Source: Candidatus Fermentibacteraceae bacterium
GTDB lineage: Bacteria; Fermentibacterota; Fermentibacteria; Fermentibacterales; JCC-6
NCBI GenBank assembly: GCA_041750285.1
Contig: JBGSZS010000007.1
Location: 192,001 to 256,000 of the forward strand
Length of the DNA stretch: 64,000 bases
Direction of reading: 5' to 3'
A model generated the notes under the pieces. The model did not search any database. It saw nothing but the letters and a program-made list of their open reading frames with translations, and was not told the DNA's origin. Below are positions 1-8,519 of the stretch, piece after piece. The stretch's first letter is position 1. Each line of letters begins with the position of its first letter. Made by a program: the position numbers and the translations under genes.

Positions 1-1473
1 GTATCCCTGTGCGGCAATCATTGACGGCGACTGACCGTACTCCCTGCCATACGCGTACACGAATCCCGCGGTCTCGGGGCGGGTCGATTCCAACCCGCTG
101 GCTGCCGTGAAAACCGCTTCCTCCACGGAGTCGCCTCCGTGTCTTATCAGAAGATCGCTGTCCCACCCCGAGGTTCCGAAAAGGGGCAGTCTGACGCTGT
201 AGAATTGAAGCTGGGGAGCGATCTGAATCGCGTCCCACGATGACACGGGAAGGAAAACGCCGTCGGCTCCCGATGCCTTCACCCTCATTATCTGGGTCCG
301 GAAGTCGGTTGCTCCGCTCTGATAGCCTTCGGTGACGACCACGCTCGCTCCGAGCCTGTCGACCGTGGCCCTGAACTGGCTGACCTCACCGTTAGCCTGC
401 GAGGTATGGGGGTGGATTATCGCCAGTCGTCTGCATCCAGCCCTGAGCACTGCGTACTCCGCAATGGCCGCCGCCTGGTCGCCCTCGCTCACGACGAGCC
501 TGAAAACCCATGAACCCGCCCTGTCAACATCCTCGCTGGTGGCAGTGGGCGTGATCACAGGAAGGCGTTCACGGTTGGCGGAAGGGGCTGCCTGAAGTGT
601 CGTCGAACTGGTCAGAGGGCCTATGACTCCCATGCAGGACGCATCAGAGCCAAGTTCGGAGAAGAGCGAGGCGATGTCCCCGGAAGATGCCCCCGTGTCG
701 ATGACCCTGAGAACAGGGGGGTCGGAGTGCATCTCGCCAAAACGCTCGAAGGCCATCGTTACGCCCCTTTGAACCGGTATGGCGAATTCCGAGCCCTCCC
801 CGGTCAGGGGAAGCACCAGAGCGAAATACTCCTCATCGGAATCGGGGGGGGTGACGGTCTCGCCCCATCTCTCTCTCGCCCCGGGGTAGAGCCTGTTCAA
901 CTCCGCCGCGTACAGGGCCGCCTTTGCCGAGTCGCCCTCGATCGTGAAACGCCGCTCAAGCTCGAGCAGAACGAAGACCTCGAGCCAGTTGTCAGAGCGG
1001 GCCGTGGCTACGGCGTCGGTGTCCGCCTCGCGAAGGAGTTCGCGGGCAAGCTCAACAGCCTTTTCCTGACGGTGCCTGTCGAGTTCATCGGGGTCGAGCA
1101 GGGCCAGAACGGAGAGAGCCCGTCCGGGTGAGGAGAGTTCGGCGATGGCCCTGGCAAGGTATGCCCGGGACAGGACGGCCGGATCACTTGAAGAGTTGAT
1201 CACCCTGTCGGCGGTGTTCAGGGCTTCTGAAAACCTGCCCATCTCCGCGAGCGCTTCCGCTGATGCGGTCCTCCAGAGAGGAGCGTCCGGGGAGTCGGGC
1301 GCTTCGGAGAGCGCCGACGAGTAAAGCTCGAGCGCGTCGTTGAACCTGCTCTGAGCCATCAGGGCATCGGCCCGTGCAGCCTTCTCCCGTGGGGTGGTAG
1401 GCGTTGTGGACGGCCCGCAACCGGCGGCGACAATCACCGCCAGGACGAAGGTTAACCGGAACAGGGTTTTCAA
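1..1473 (-). CDS. LpoA-like / periplasmic binding-protein lipoprotein with helical (TPR-like) N-terminus; 3' end runs off the left edge
   Basis: Absent from the ORF track because it has no stop in the window. TTG at 1473 follows GGAGG: MKTLFRLTFVLAVIVAAGC (lipobox). The frame-compatible C-terminal part reads EGYQSGATDFRTQIMRVKASGADGVFLP..QIAPQLQFY..LFGTSGW..AAQGY, typical of type-1 PBP (LivJ/LpoA) domains. I translated only the two ends. Confidence 0.75.
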   Translation of the reverse strand, partial: MKTLFRLTFVLAVIVAAGCGPSTTPTTPREKAARADALMAQSRFNDALELYSSALSEAPDSPDAPLWRTASAEALAEMGRFSEALNTADRVINSSSDPAVLSRAYLARAIAELSSPGRALSVLALLDPDELDRHRQEKAVELARELLREADTDAVATARSDNWLEVFVLLELERRFTIEGDSAKAALYAAELNRLYPGARERWGETVTPPDSDEEYFALVLPLTGEGSEFAIPVQRGVTMAFERFGEMHSDPPVLRVIDTGASSGDIASLFSELGSDASCMGVIGPLTSSTTLQAAPSANRERLPVITPTATSEDVDRAGSWVFRLVVSEGDQAAAIAEYAVLRAGCRRLAIIHPHTSQANGEVSQFRATVDRLGASVVVTEGYQSGATDFRTQIMRVKASGADGVFLPVSSWDAIQIAPQLQFYSVRLPLFGTSGWDSDLLIRHGGDSVEEAVFTAASGLESTRPETAGFVYAYGREYGQSPSMIAAQGY

Positions 1474-1645
1474 GGGATCCTCCCGTTATGCTGATGAGTG
1501 CCACAACAGCCAACTATACAGAACCCTTGATGGCCGGGGCAGTGGCATCGACCGCGAAAATTGGCGCACACCGGCCCGGGCGTTTGATGTCAGGCGAAAG
1601 GCGTTTCACGTTCGGAGCAACCGGCCGCCGTTCAGAGCCGGGAAA

Positions 1646-2257
1646 TCAGTTCGGAGACTCCCCGAAGGTTCTTTTGATGCTTCCCCAGGTCAGCCCGGTG
1701 AAGGTCAGGTCTCCGTGTGCCGTGAGGGAGGCCTCGTATAGCCACAGGTCAACCACGGTTGATCCCCTGTATCCGGAATGGTAGCAGGTGAACATGAATT
1801 GGAGGAACTGACCGGGTTCGAGACCGGTGATGCTGACATGAATCGGAAGGGAGTCCTCCACACTTTCATTGCCGTAACTGGAGACTCCGTGTGACCAGAT
1901 TACCTCTGAGGCGGTTCCGTCCGTCAGCATTTCGAGCGTTACGGATGCATAGGCAGTGCCTGAAGTCGTGCCTGCATAGAGGTATGTGTGCTGTGGTATG
2001 TGCAGCACCAGTGAATCCGCATCCTGCGGAACCGTAGAGACCTGCGTCACCATGAGCGCGCAATCGACGTCCACGTGCCCTTTGGGATACCACCAACCTA
2101 CATGGTGTGCGTTGGCGCCTTCCGACGAGAATTCGAACCCGTATTGCCCCCAGGAGCCCGGCAGTTCAGTTAGTGTGTAGCTCCATAGAACGTCATCCGC
2201 CGCAGCAGTTCCAGAAGGAAGAATGAAGAAAAGAACCGTGAAAGCATGCCGTTTCAT
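1646..2257 (-). CDS. secreted hypothetical protein with C-terminal TWGSIK motif
   Basis: ATG 2257 with GGAGG upstream; signal peptide MKRHAFTVLFFILPSGTAAA; beta-rich body; ends LTWGSIKRTFGESPN. Confidence 0.75.
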   Translation of the reverse strand: MKRHAFTVLFFILPSGTAAADDVLWSYTLTELPGSWGQYGFEFSSEGANAHHVGWWYPKGHVDVDCALMVTQVSTVPQDADSLVLHIPQHTYLYAGTTSGTAYASVTLEMLTDGTASEVIWSHGVSSYGNESVEDSLPIHVSITGLEPGQFLQFMFTCYHSGYRGSTVVDLWLYEASLTAHGDLTFTGLTWGSIKRTFGESPN

Positions 2258-2587
2258 TTCTGCCCACCGTTCCTCCGCTTCCCGTTTCCACGCAACGTCT
2301 TGCACCTGAGGATTTCGACCATGTATCCTCCAGTTCAATCATTTGATTCAGTCAACTGAAGCATACACCCATTGAACAGGAAAGAGAATGGCGCATGGAG
2401 TCTTCCGGCGGTCTCCCCTGCCTGCCTGATCGACCGAACAGGCAGGCTTGATCCCGTCATATTCGTCTGTTCTCAAGTTGTGCTGCTCCTTTGACTGCGG
2501 GAGATGAAGTGCTGCGGGAGCGCTTTGTTCTGGTGGGAGAGCGGTGACTCGGGGGTAACCCATCCATGATGATCATCCGGGTTGATG

Positions 2588-2619
2588 GTCCCGGCCCACC
2601 TGTTCGGGTGGGCCGGGAC
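2588..2619 (-). terminator. GC-rich hairpin just downstream of the PPIase gene
   Basis: 13-bp perfect inverted repeat GTCCCGGCCCACC-N6-GGTGGGCCGGGAC about 10 nt after the stop; no clear U-tract. Confidence 0.55.
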
Positions 2620-2629
2620 TGAAGAGGAG

Positions 2630-4633
2630 CTACTGGATCGTTACCGAGTCTTCCGTGGCGGGGATGAACATCTCGATTGGTTTGTCCATGTTCTCGATCA
2701 TCCACTCAGCGTCGTCGACAAGGTCGCTTTCGGGGTAGGAAGCGGTGACCTCGCGGAAGGCCTCGCGAGCTGCGTCGTAGTTGCCGAGCTTCTCACTCAG
2801 TGTGAAGCCCTTGAGGAAAACCGCCTGATCGCACCTTTCGTTGTCGGGGTACCTTTCGACGAAGAGCGCGAAGTAGCGGACCGCTGTTTCCGGGTCGGAG
2901 GCCATCGTCTCCTGGGCAAGCGACATCAGGCTGTCGGGTCCGATCGAAAGGGCCGGCAGGAAGGCTTCCTCGTTGATCTCGACCTCGTACTTCTCCATCA
3001 GGGCCGGGAAGACGGTGTTTCTGAGGTAGTTGTTCACAACCTCGGGTTTCAGGGCAGCCTCGATCGACTCCCTGACCTCGGCGAGGGGTCTGGCACCCTC
3101 CTCGACGGAATCGGTTACCTTGAACCAGGTGATGCCTATCTCAGTGGGCCATGGGCCAAGCACCGTGCCTGCCGGAGCGGCGAACAGCTCGTCGGCGAAC
3201 TCCGGCCTGCCGCCCATGTAGGGCAGGGGGGCATCGGATGTCACCCAGCCAAGGTCTCCGTTGACGGCAGCGGTTGGCTCATGGATGCTGTACGAGGCAG
3301 CTACGGAGTCGAAGGGAACGCCCTGGTCAAGAAGCCCCTGCACCAGTTCCTGCTGCTCTCCCCGGACCGTTGCCACGACCGAGAACCGTGTCTGGGCGCT
3401 CTGATGGTAGATGTCGCCGGTGTGGGCGTTGTAGTACTCCTGTATCGCCTCTTCGGAGACCGGAGCCGCGGCCACTACGAAACGGTTGTAATACTCCTGG
3501 ATGAGGGCGCTGTTCCGGGCCATTTCAGCCTGTTCCATCGCCATCTCAACCTGTGCGACGACGAAGGAATCCTGCTCCATTCCCATTCCGGCAGCAGCCA
3601 GTTCAAGGATCTCCTGTTCGATAAGGCTGCCCAGGAGGATCTGGCGCCCCTCGACCGTGTCGTAGGCTTCCCTCTGGTAGTAGGGGATGGCCTCGATCGC
3701 AGCCTCGATGTCCGTGCGGGTTATGGAGGTTTCGCCTATCGTGGCCAGGATCTCCGCGTCGGGGTCGTCGAAGACCTGGACGTCGTACCTTTCGTGAAGC
3801 TCGGGGATCAGCGTGTTCTTGAAGTACTCGTTGACCAGGGCGGGCTTCAGTACGCTTTCGATCGATCCACGGGCTTCCTCGAGCGAAACGTATCCCTCGG
3901 GTTCAATCTCGGTCACCCGGAAGAAATGGGTTCCCAGAGAGGTTTCGAACGGGCCCACGACACCGCCTTCCGGGGCGGAGAGAAGCCGGGCGGCCAGGGT
4001 GGTGTCGGTGCCGATGTAGGGGATGTTGCCGTTCTGTTCGACCATGCCCATGCGGCCGCCCTGATTCCGCGTGACCGCGTGCTCGCTCATCTCCACCGCG
4101 ATCGAGTCGAAGGATTCCCCCGAGTCAAGCCGGGTAAGGACCGCTTCGACCGCCTGCGGGGTGGAGACAAGGATGTGGGCGAGCTGCGCCGTCGCCTGGC
4201 GGCGGAACCTGGTGTCGAGGTTTTCGTTGTAGTAGGAGCTGACCATGGAGTCGGGCACCTGCACGGCCTCGATGACGTGGCGCTGATAGAACGCCTGGGT
4301 CATGGCCCTCTGTCTGACGCTTTCCACCATCTCTTCGGCCAGTGCAACCTGTGCAAGGACGGTCGAATCGTTCTCGAGCCCTTCGTCAATCGCCGCAGCC
4401 AGAAGGAGTTCGCGCTCGATGATGTGGTTCAGGAGCTGCTTCCTGCCCTGCAGGGTCTCGAAGGGAGCCCTCTGGTAGGGGGGTATGCGCTGGAGTTCAC
4501 GTTCCAGCTCCTCCATCGTTATGATCCTTGATCCGATCCTTGCGACCTCGCCCTCTCCAAGGGGGCGTGTCCCGCAGGCGGCAGCAAGAAGCAGAAGCAG
4601 CGCCGCCAGGGGTATGGTGATCTTTCCCCGCAT
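2630..4633 (-). CDS. SurA/PrsA-like parvulin peptidyl-prolyl isomerase lipoprotein, tandemly duplicated, with C-terminal TPR
   Basis: ATG 4633; lipobox LAAAC; parvulin motifs AHILV..FDSIAVEMSEH..GGRMG and FDSVAASYSIH..NGDLGW; repeat RIPPYQRAPFETLQGRK / AIPYYQREAYDTVEGRQ; YfiO/TPR-like tail (ERYPDN..ASYPESDLVDDA). Confidence 0.85.
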   Translation of the reverse strand: MRGKITIPLAALLLLLAAACGTRPLGEGEVARIGSRIITMEELERELQRIPPYQRAPFETLQGRKQLLNHIIERELLLAAAIDEGLENDSTVLAQVALAEEMVESVRQRAMTQAFYQRHVIEAVQVPDSMVSSYYNENLDTRFRRQATAQLAHILVSTPQAVEAVLTRLDSGESFDSIAVEMSEHAVTRNQGGRMGMVEQNGNIPYIGTDTTLAARLLSAPEGGVVGPFETSLGTHFFRVTEIEPEGYVSLEEARGSIESVLKPALVNEYFKNTLIPELHERYDVQVFDDPDAEILATIGETSITRTDIEAAIEAIPYYQREAYDTVEGRQILLGSLIEQEILELAAAGMGMEQDSFVVAQVEMAMEQAEMARNSALIQEYYNRFVVAAAPVSEEAIQEYYNAHTGDIYHQSAQTRFSVVATVRGEQQELVQGLLDQGVPFDSVAASYSIHEPTAAVNGDLGWVTSDAPLPYMGGRPEFADELFAAPAGTVLGPWPTEIGITWFKVTDSVEEGARPLAEVRESIEAALKPEVVNNYLRNTVFPALMEKYEVEINEEAFLPALSIGPDSLMSLAQETMASDPETAVRYFALFVERYPDNERCDQAVFLKGFTLSEKLGNYDAAREAFREVTASYPESDLVDDAEWMIENMDKPIEMFIPATEDSVTIQ

Positions 4634-4637
4634 GTTG

Positions 4638-4862
4638 TCAGTTCTCCCTTTTCGTTTTTGCTTCAAGTTCATAGTCGATGCGGCTGTTTGCGAACTCGGT
4701 CATTGCGGCCTCGGATGCCTGTTCCTCCGGCTCGGCGATCCCCTCGACGAGAACCGGAGCGCCCTCCTGGATGCTTCGGACCCGTTTTGAGACCGCGATG
4801 GTGAACAGGTACTGATTCTCCACCGAAGCTGCCTTCTGTTCCGTCTTTTCAAAGTATTTCAA
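4638..4862 (-). CDS. rpoZ: DNA-directed RNA polymerase omega subunit
   Basis: TTG 4862 after AAAGGTGG; 74 aa containing NQYLFTIAVSKRVRSIQEGAPVLV..AMTEF, matching the omega N-terminal consensus; it is the C-terminal part of track ORF 4638..5360. Confidence 0.8.
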   Translation of the reverse strand: MKYFEKTEQKAASVENQYLFTIAVSKRVRSIQEGAPVLVEGIAEPEEQASEAAMTEFANSRIDYELEAKTKREN

Positions 4863-4946
4863 GAATAGCCACCTTTCAGCGCGGCGCTTGCGCGAAAATG
4901 TACCGGGGTTGGGGTAAGACACGGTATGTACATGGCAACTATACAC

Positions 4947-4976
4947 GAAGCGGAGGGAAAGAGTTCCCCCCGCTTC
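4947..4976 (-). terminator. hairpin after the 4993..5955 gene
   Basis: Minus strand GAAGCGGGGGGAA-CUCU-UUCCCUCCGCUUC; the one plus-strand mismatch is a G-U pair on the minus strand; weak tail. Confidence 0.5.
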
Positions 4977-4992
4977 ACAAAGGCCGTCAGGA

Positions 4993-5955
4993 TCAGTTCT
5001 CTGCGGGTGCCGCCTCGAGGTTTTCCCGGTTGGCCATGAGGAAATCCCACGTGGGCTGGTCGAGAAGGTCCATTTCCCTGGTTTCGATCCTGAGGGTTCC
5101 CAGGGCCGACCTGTCCCAGTAGCGCACGATGGTGAGCATGTCGCGGTCGCCGGGAAGGGCTCCTTCAGCAAGGCTGGGGAAGCGGAGCGGATGCTTGAAG
5201 TATATCTCGACCCTCGATGTGTCAGGATTCGAGGTGCAGTAACCGACGAAGCGCCAGGTCTGGACATCCATGGACTGCCCCCTGGCCCTTCCCGATGCCC
5301 CGGGCCTTTCCCAGAACGTGTACACGGTGTCGGGAAGGATCTCGAACACGTACTCGCCACCGAGCGGATCGCTCTCCGCGGAGATGTCTATTCCAAGGTT
5401 CTCGACCTGGGTGGGGCTGAGCGACACGGGGTACCTGTTGTATATGTGGGATGCCTGCTCTTCCCCGACCCTGACGAGCACCGAACGGGAGACCTCGGTG
5501 CGCCTGATGTGTGCGTATTCGGGGAAACTGACCCTGATGAACGTGGGCATCCAGTCCGCCTCGCAGAAAAGGGAATCGGGGTAGTCCTTTTCCACGAGAC
5601 CGCCGATGACGCCACCGTGACGGTCATGGTTGGGGCAGGAAATGGCGAATTGCGTACCCAGTGAGAGTTTGGGATCGAAATGATACGTGGAGTCCGTGAA
5701 ACCCTGGCTCCACAGAGAGGGGCAGATGCCCAGCGAATCGGGAAGGTCCGCAAAGGCGAGAAGCGAATCGATCGTCGGGGCGGAGATTCCTTCGTTTTCA
5801 AGCATGTGCTGCACATTTGCCCTGGCCAGCCCGTACATCTGTTCCCGGCAGTTCTCTCGGGGGATGCGGTATGCCTCAACACGCTGGTGGATCCGGAATA
5901 TGAGAATCGCGGCGAGCAGAACAATGATGACCCTCACAAGAACTCTAGATCCCAT
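4993..5955 (-). CDS. membrane-anchored hypothetical protein, pilin/pseudopilin-like
   Basis: N-terminal TM helix, then CREQMYGL..CP..ISCPNH and a second segment with DPLGGEY; SD-like GGGGGG upstream. Confidence 0.7.
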   Translation of the reverse strand: MGSRVLVRVIIVLLAAILIFRIHQRVEAYRIPRENCREQMYGLARANVQHMLENEGISAPTIDSLLAFADLPDSLGICPSLWSQGFTDSTYHFDPKLSLGTQFAISCPNHDRHGGVIGGLVEKDYPDSLFCEADWMPTFIRVSFPEYAHIRRTEVSRSVLVRVGEEQASHIYNRYPVSLSPTQVENLGIDISAESDPLGGEYVFEILPDTVYTFWERPGASGRARGQSMDVQTWRFVGYCTSNPDTSRVEIYFKHPLRFPSLAEGALPGDRDMLTIVRYWDRSALGTLRIETREMDLLDQPTWDFLMANRENLEAAPAEN

Positions 5956-6013
5956 GGCTTGAAAACCCCCCGATTGGTGTTTCAGTTAGTGTTGCACTGC
6001 GGACATTCTTGGT

Positions 6014-6043
6014 AATTTACCGACCCCTTTCAACCCGTGTCAA
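6014..6043 (-). promoter_or_regulatory. sigma70-type promoter for the 4993..5955 gene
   Basis: TTGACA (6043-6038), 18 nt, TAAATT (6019-6014); the -35 overlaps the upstream stop codon. Confidence 0.55.
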
Positions 6044-6684
6044 TACGCCCTCCGAACCCCGGGAACAACGGGCACGGGATTTCTGAGGCGTGTCACCGCG
6101 GCGGTCTCGTCGGAATATACACCGCGGGGAAGCGCAAGCGCCGTCTGCTGTTCCATCCGGACATCGGACGAGACGGGCTCGGTGCGGATGCTGTCTATCG
6201 CGAGAAGCACCGAGGCCGGTCCAGTCACCCTCACGCGGGACCGTCTGATCGATGTGCTCATGTACCTGGCGGGGACGGGTGTCGAGACCACGGCAACGGG
6301 AAGAACCCTGCTGCCAACCCTGTCAAGTGAAAGTTCGATCAGCGAAGGTTCGAAGCCTCCCGCGCGCACCATCAGGGGAAGGCTTTCGAAAAGTTCTTCC
6401 CTCATGACGACCTGTCTTGCGACCCCCGGACTGTCCGGGGAGAGACCCCTGAGGTCGACGACCATTCTCAACCCGGCGGGTTTCCCCAGGAGCTGAAAAC
6501 CCAGCATGCTCAAGCCGTCGGCCTGGAACTCGACCGTCACGCTTTCCGCAGGATTACCGAGTACAACGGCTTCTTCGCTTGTTGCATAAGTTACCGCGAC
6601 TGGAAGGTTCACCGTGAAACCGACCCCCCTGAGGGAGAAAAGCCAGATGAACAGCGCGACCGTCAGCGCAAGACCCCACCTCAC
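6040..6684 (-). CDS. YbbR/CdaR-family protein
   Basis: TM (WGLALTVALFIWLF), then YbbR-like repeats (VNLPVAV..ESVTVEF..; VRVTGPASVLLAIDSIRTEPV); start uncertain (GTG 6684 or ATG 6756). Confidence 0.7.
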   Translation of the reverse strand: MRWGLALTVALFIWLFSLRGVGFTVNLPVAVTYATSEEAVVLGNPAESVTVEFQADGLSMLGFQLLGKPAGLRMVVDLRGLSPDSPGVARQVVMREELFESLPLMVRAGGFEPSLIELSLDRVGSRVLPVAVVSTPVPARYMSTSIRRSRVRVTGPASVLLAIDSIRTEPVSSDVRMEQQTALALPRGVYSDETAAVTRLRNPVPVVPGVRRAY

Positions 6685-6691
6685 GACGGTG

Positions 6692-7006
6692 CTACTGGAC
6701 GGCTTTGACCTCAGGGGCTTGAGGAACCTGGAAACCGATTGATCCCGCTGACTCAATTGAATCCTCCAGAGGGCCGAACCTTTTCTCGTACATGTCCACC
6801 TGCGCCTTGAGGGCGCCGATGAAGCCCTTGATCCGGTGTGGTGACATTATGACCCGGCACTCCAGCTCGGCGGCCGGAAGCCCGGGCATGATGCGCGCGA
6901 AATCCAGCACGAATTCAGCCTGGGAGGTGTTCACGATGGCTATGTTCGCGTAGACACCCGAAGCCTTCTCGGCCCGTATGTTGATTCGCGGGGGCTGGTT
7001 TTGCAT
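6692..7006 (-). CDS. DUF3467-family protein
   Basis: ATG 7006 after AGGAGGG; GVYANIAIVNTSQAEFVLDFAR..RVIMSPHRIK..YEKRFG. Confidence 0.8.
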   Translation of the reverse strand: MQNQPPRINIRAEKASGVYANIAIVNTSQAEFVLDFARIMPGLPAAELECRVIMSPHRIKGFIGALKAQVDMYEKRFGPLEDSIESAGSIGFQVPQAPEVKAVQ

Positions 7007-7084
7007 TATTCCCTCCTGTGGCAGAAATGAATGGTATCTTATGCACTGCGGTGCAACCGGGGTCAACCCGCTGGGAGGGCTTGT

Positions 7085-8071
7085 TTGTACACCGATGATC
7101 TTCATGCTTTCCGGGGCGCCAGGGTTCTGGTTCTCGGTGATCTCGTGCTTGACCATTACCTCGAGGGAAGGGTTGACAGGATATCCCCCGAGGCCCCGGT
7201 TCCGGTCGTTGCCATTGACACCAGGGGAGAGAGATTCGCCCCGGGAGGGGCCGCCAACGTCGCGCTCAACGTTCTGTCACTGGGAGGAAGCCCTTTTATC
7301 GCGGGTACTGTGGGGGATGACCCGGACGGTGAGATCCTGACCGACCTCCTCGCCAGGAAGGGTGTGGATGTCTCCTGTGTCACCGTGGACCGCAACAGAC
7401 CCACGACCAGGAAAACCAGGGTGATCTCACGGGGATACCAGCTGATAAGGATCGACAGGGAGTCCACGCTTCCGTGCAGACGGGAAAAGGGCTCACCCGA
7501 GAATGCCGGGATACTGGCAGCCCTTTCGAGCGTGGGCGCGGTGATCTTCGAGGACTACGACAAGGGCTTCCTTGGGGATTTCAACATACCATGGATCATC
7601 GAGGAATCCACGAAAAGGGGGATCCCGGTCCTTGCCGACCCGAAGTTCAGGAACATCATGCTTTACAGGGGGGTCAGCCTTGTCAAGCCCAATCTTCGCG
7701 AGGCATCGACCATGCTGGGGCGTGACCTTGACGACGCCACGACCGAAGAGCTTCAGGCCGCATGCGGGATGATAATCCGGGCCCTTGACGCCGGGGCCGT
7801 CCTGCTCACCCTTGGGGCGGGAGGGTCGATACTCAGCGTCAAAGGCAATGAGAACCCCCTTGTCCAGTCCACTGCCGCAAGGCACGTCTTCGACGTTTCA
7901 GGGGCGGGTGATGCGGTCATCGCAGTGATGGGTCTCGCATACGCTTCCGGCGTGACGCCTGTCAGGGCAGCGGTGATGGCCAACTATGCCGCAGCGGCGG
8001 TATGCGCGGAACCCGGGGTGTACGCCGTGACTCCGGAAGACATACTCAGGGAGGCCAGACTTCATGAGTGA
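7085..8071 (+). CDS. rfaE1: D-glycero-beta-D-manno-heptose-7-phosphate kinase (PfkB family)
   Basis: VLVLGDLVLDHY..RISPEAPVPV, GGAANVA, TTRKTR, DYDKG, FDVSGAGD; TTG 7085 after GGGAGG (track start 7031). Confidence 0.92.
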   Translation: MYTDDLHAFRGARVLVLGDLVLDHYLEGRVDRISPEAPVPVVAIDTRGERFAPGGAANVALNVLSLGGSPFIAGTVGDDPDGEILTDLLARKGVDVSCVTVDRNRPTTRKTRVISRGYQLIRIDRESTLPCRREKGSPENAGILAALSSVGAVIFEDYDKGFLGDFNIPWIIEESTKRGIPVLADPKFRNIMLYRGVSLVKPNLREASTMLGRDLDDATTEELQAACGMIIRALDAGAVLLTLGAGGSILSVKGNENPLVQSTAARHVFDVSGAGDAVIAVMGLAYASGVTPVRAAVMANYAAAAVCAEPGVYAVTPEDILREARLHE

Positions 8072-8519
8072 CACGGGCAGGGTGCTCAACCGGGCCGAAG
8101 CTGAACACCGCTGCTCCCTCATCAGGAAGGCGGGTTGCACCATTGTCTTCACCAACGGCTGCTTCGATCTTCTTCATCCGGGGCACATCCTGGTCCTCTC
8201 CCGTGCCGCGGCACTGGGAGACTTTCTTTTCGTCGGTCTCAACAGTGATTCTTCCGTGAAGAGGCTGAAGGGCGACCTGAGACCCCGGATGCCCCTCGAG
8301 GCCAGGGCCCTGGTTCTCTCCTCGATCCGAGCAGTTGATTTCGTCGTTCCCTTTTCCGAGGACACTCCGCTGGAACTCATCCGGGCTCTCAGACCGCACG
8401 TACTCGTCAAGGGCGGGGATTACCGGGCCGGGGAAGTCGTGGGAGCCGAACTTGTGGAGAAGGTCGTCATAGTTCCGACCCTCGCCGGACATTCGACAAC
8501 AGCTCTCATTGGTGAATGA
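8064..8519 (+). CDS. rfaE2: D-glycero-beta-D-manno-heptose-1-phosphate adenylyltransferase
   Basis: VFTNGCFDLLHPGH, GLNSDSSVKRLKG, VLVKGGDY, HSTT. Confidence 0.93.
   Translation: MSDTGRVLNRAEAEHRCSLIRKAGCTIVFTNGCFDLLHPGHILVLSRAAALGDFLFVGLNSDSSVKRLKGDLRPRMPLEARALVLSSIRAVDFVVPFSEDTPLELIRALRPHVLVKGGDYRAGEVVGAELVEKVVIVPTLAGHSTTALIGE

Noticed and set aside
1184..1513. 109-aa minus-strand ORF
   Set aside because: Out of frame with the lipoprotein starting at 1473, which has the SD and lipobox
2582..4531. 649-aa plus-strand ORF
   Set aside because: Antisense shadow of the PPIase gene; no motifs; expected in high-GC DNA
4863..5360. N-terminal extension of track ORF 4638..5360
   Set aside because: Overlaps another gene and a hairpin; only the last 74 codons resemble RpoZ
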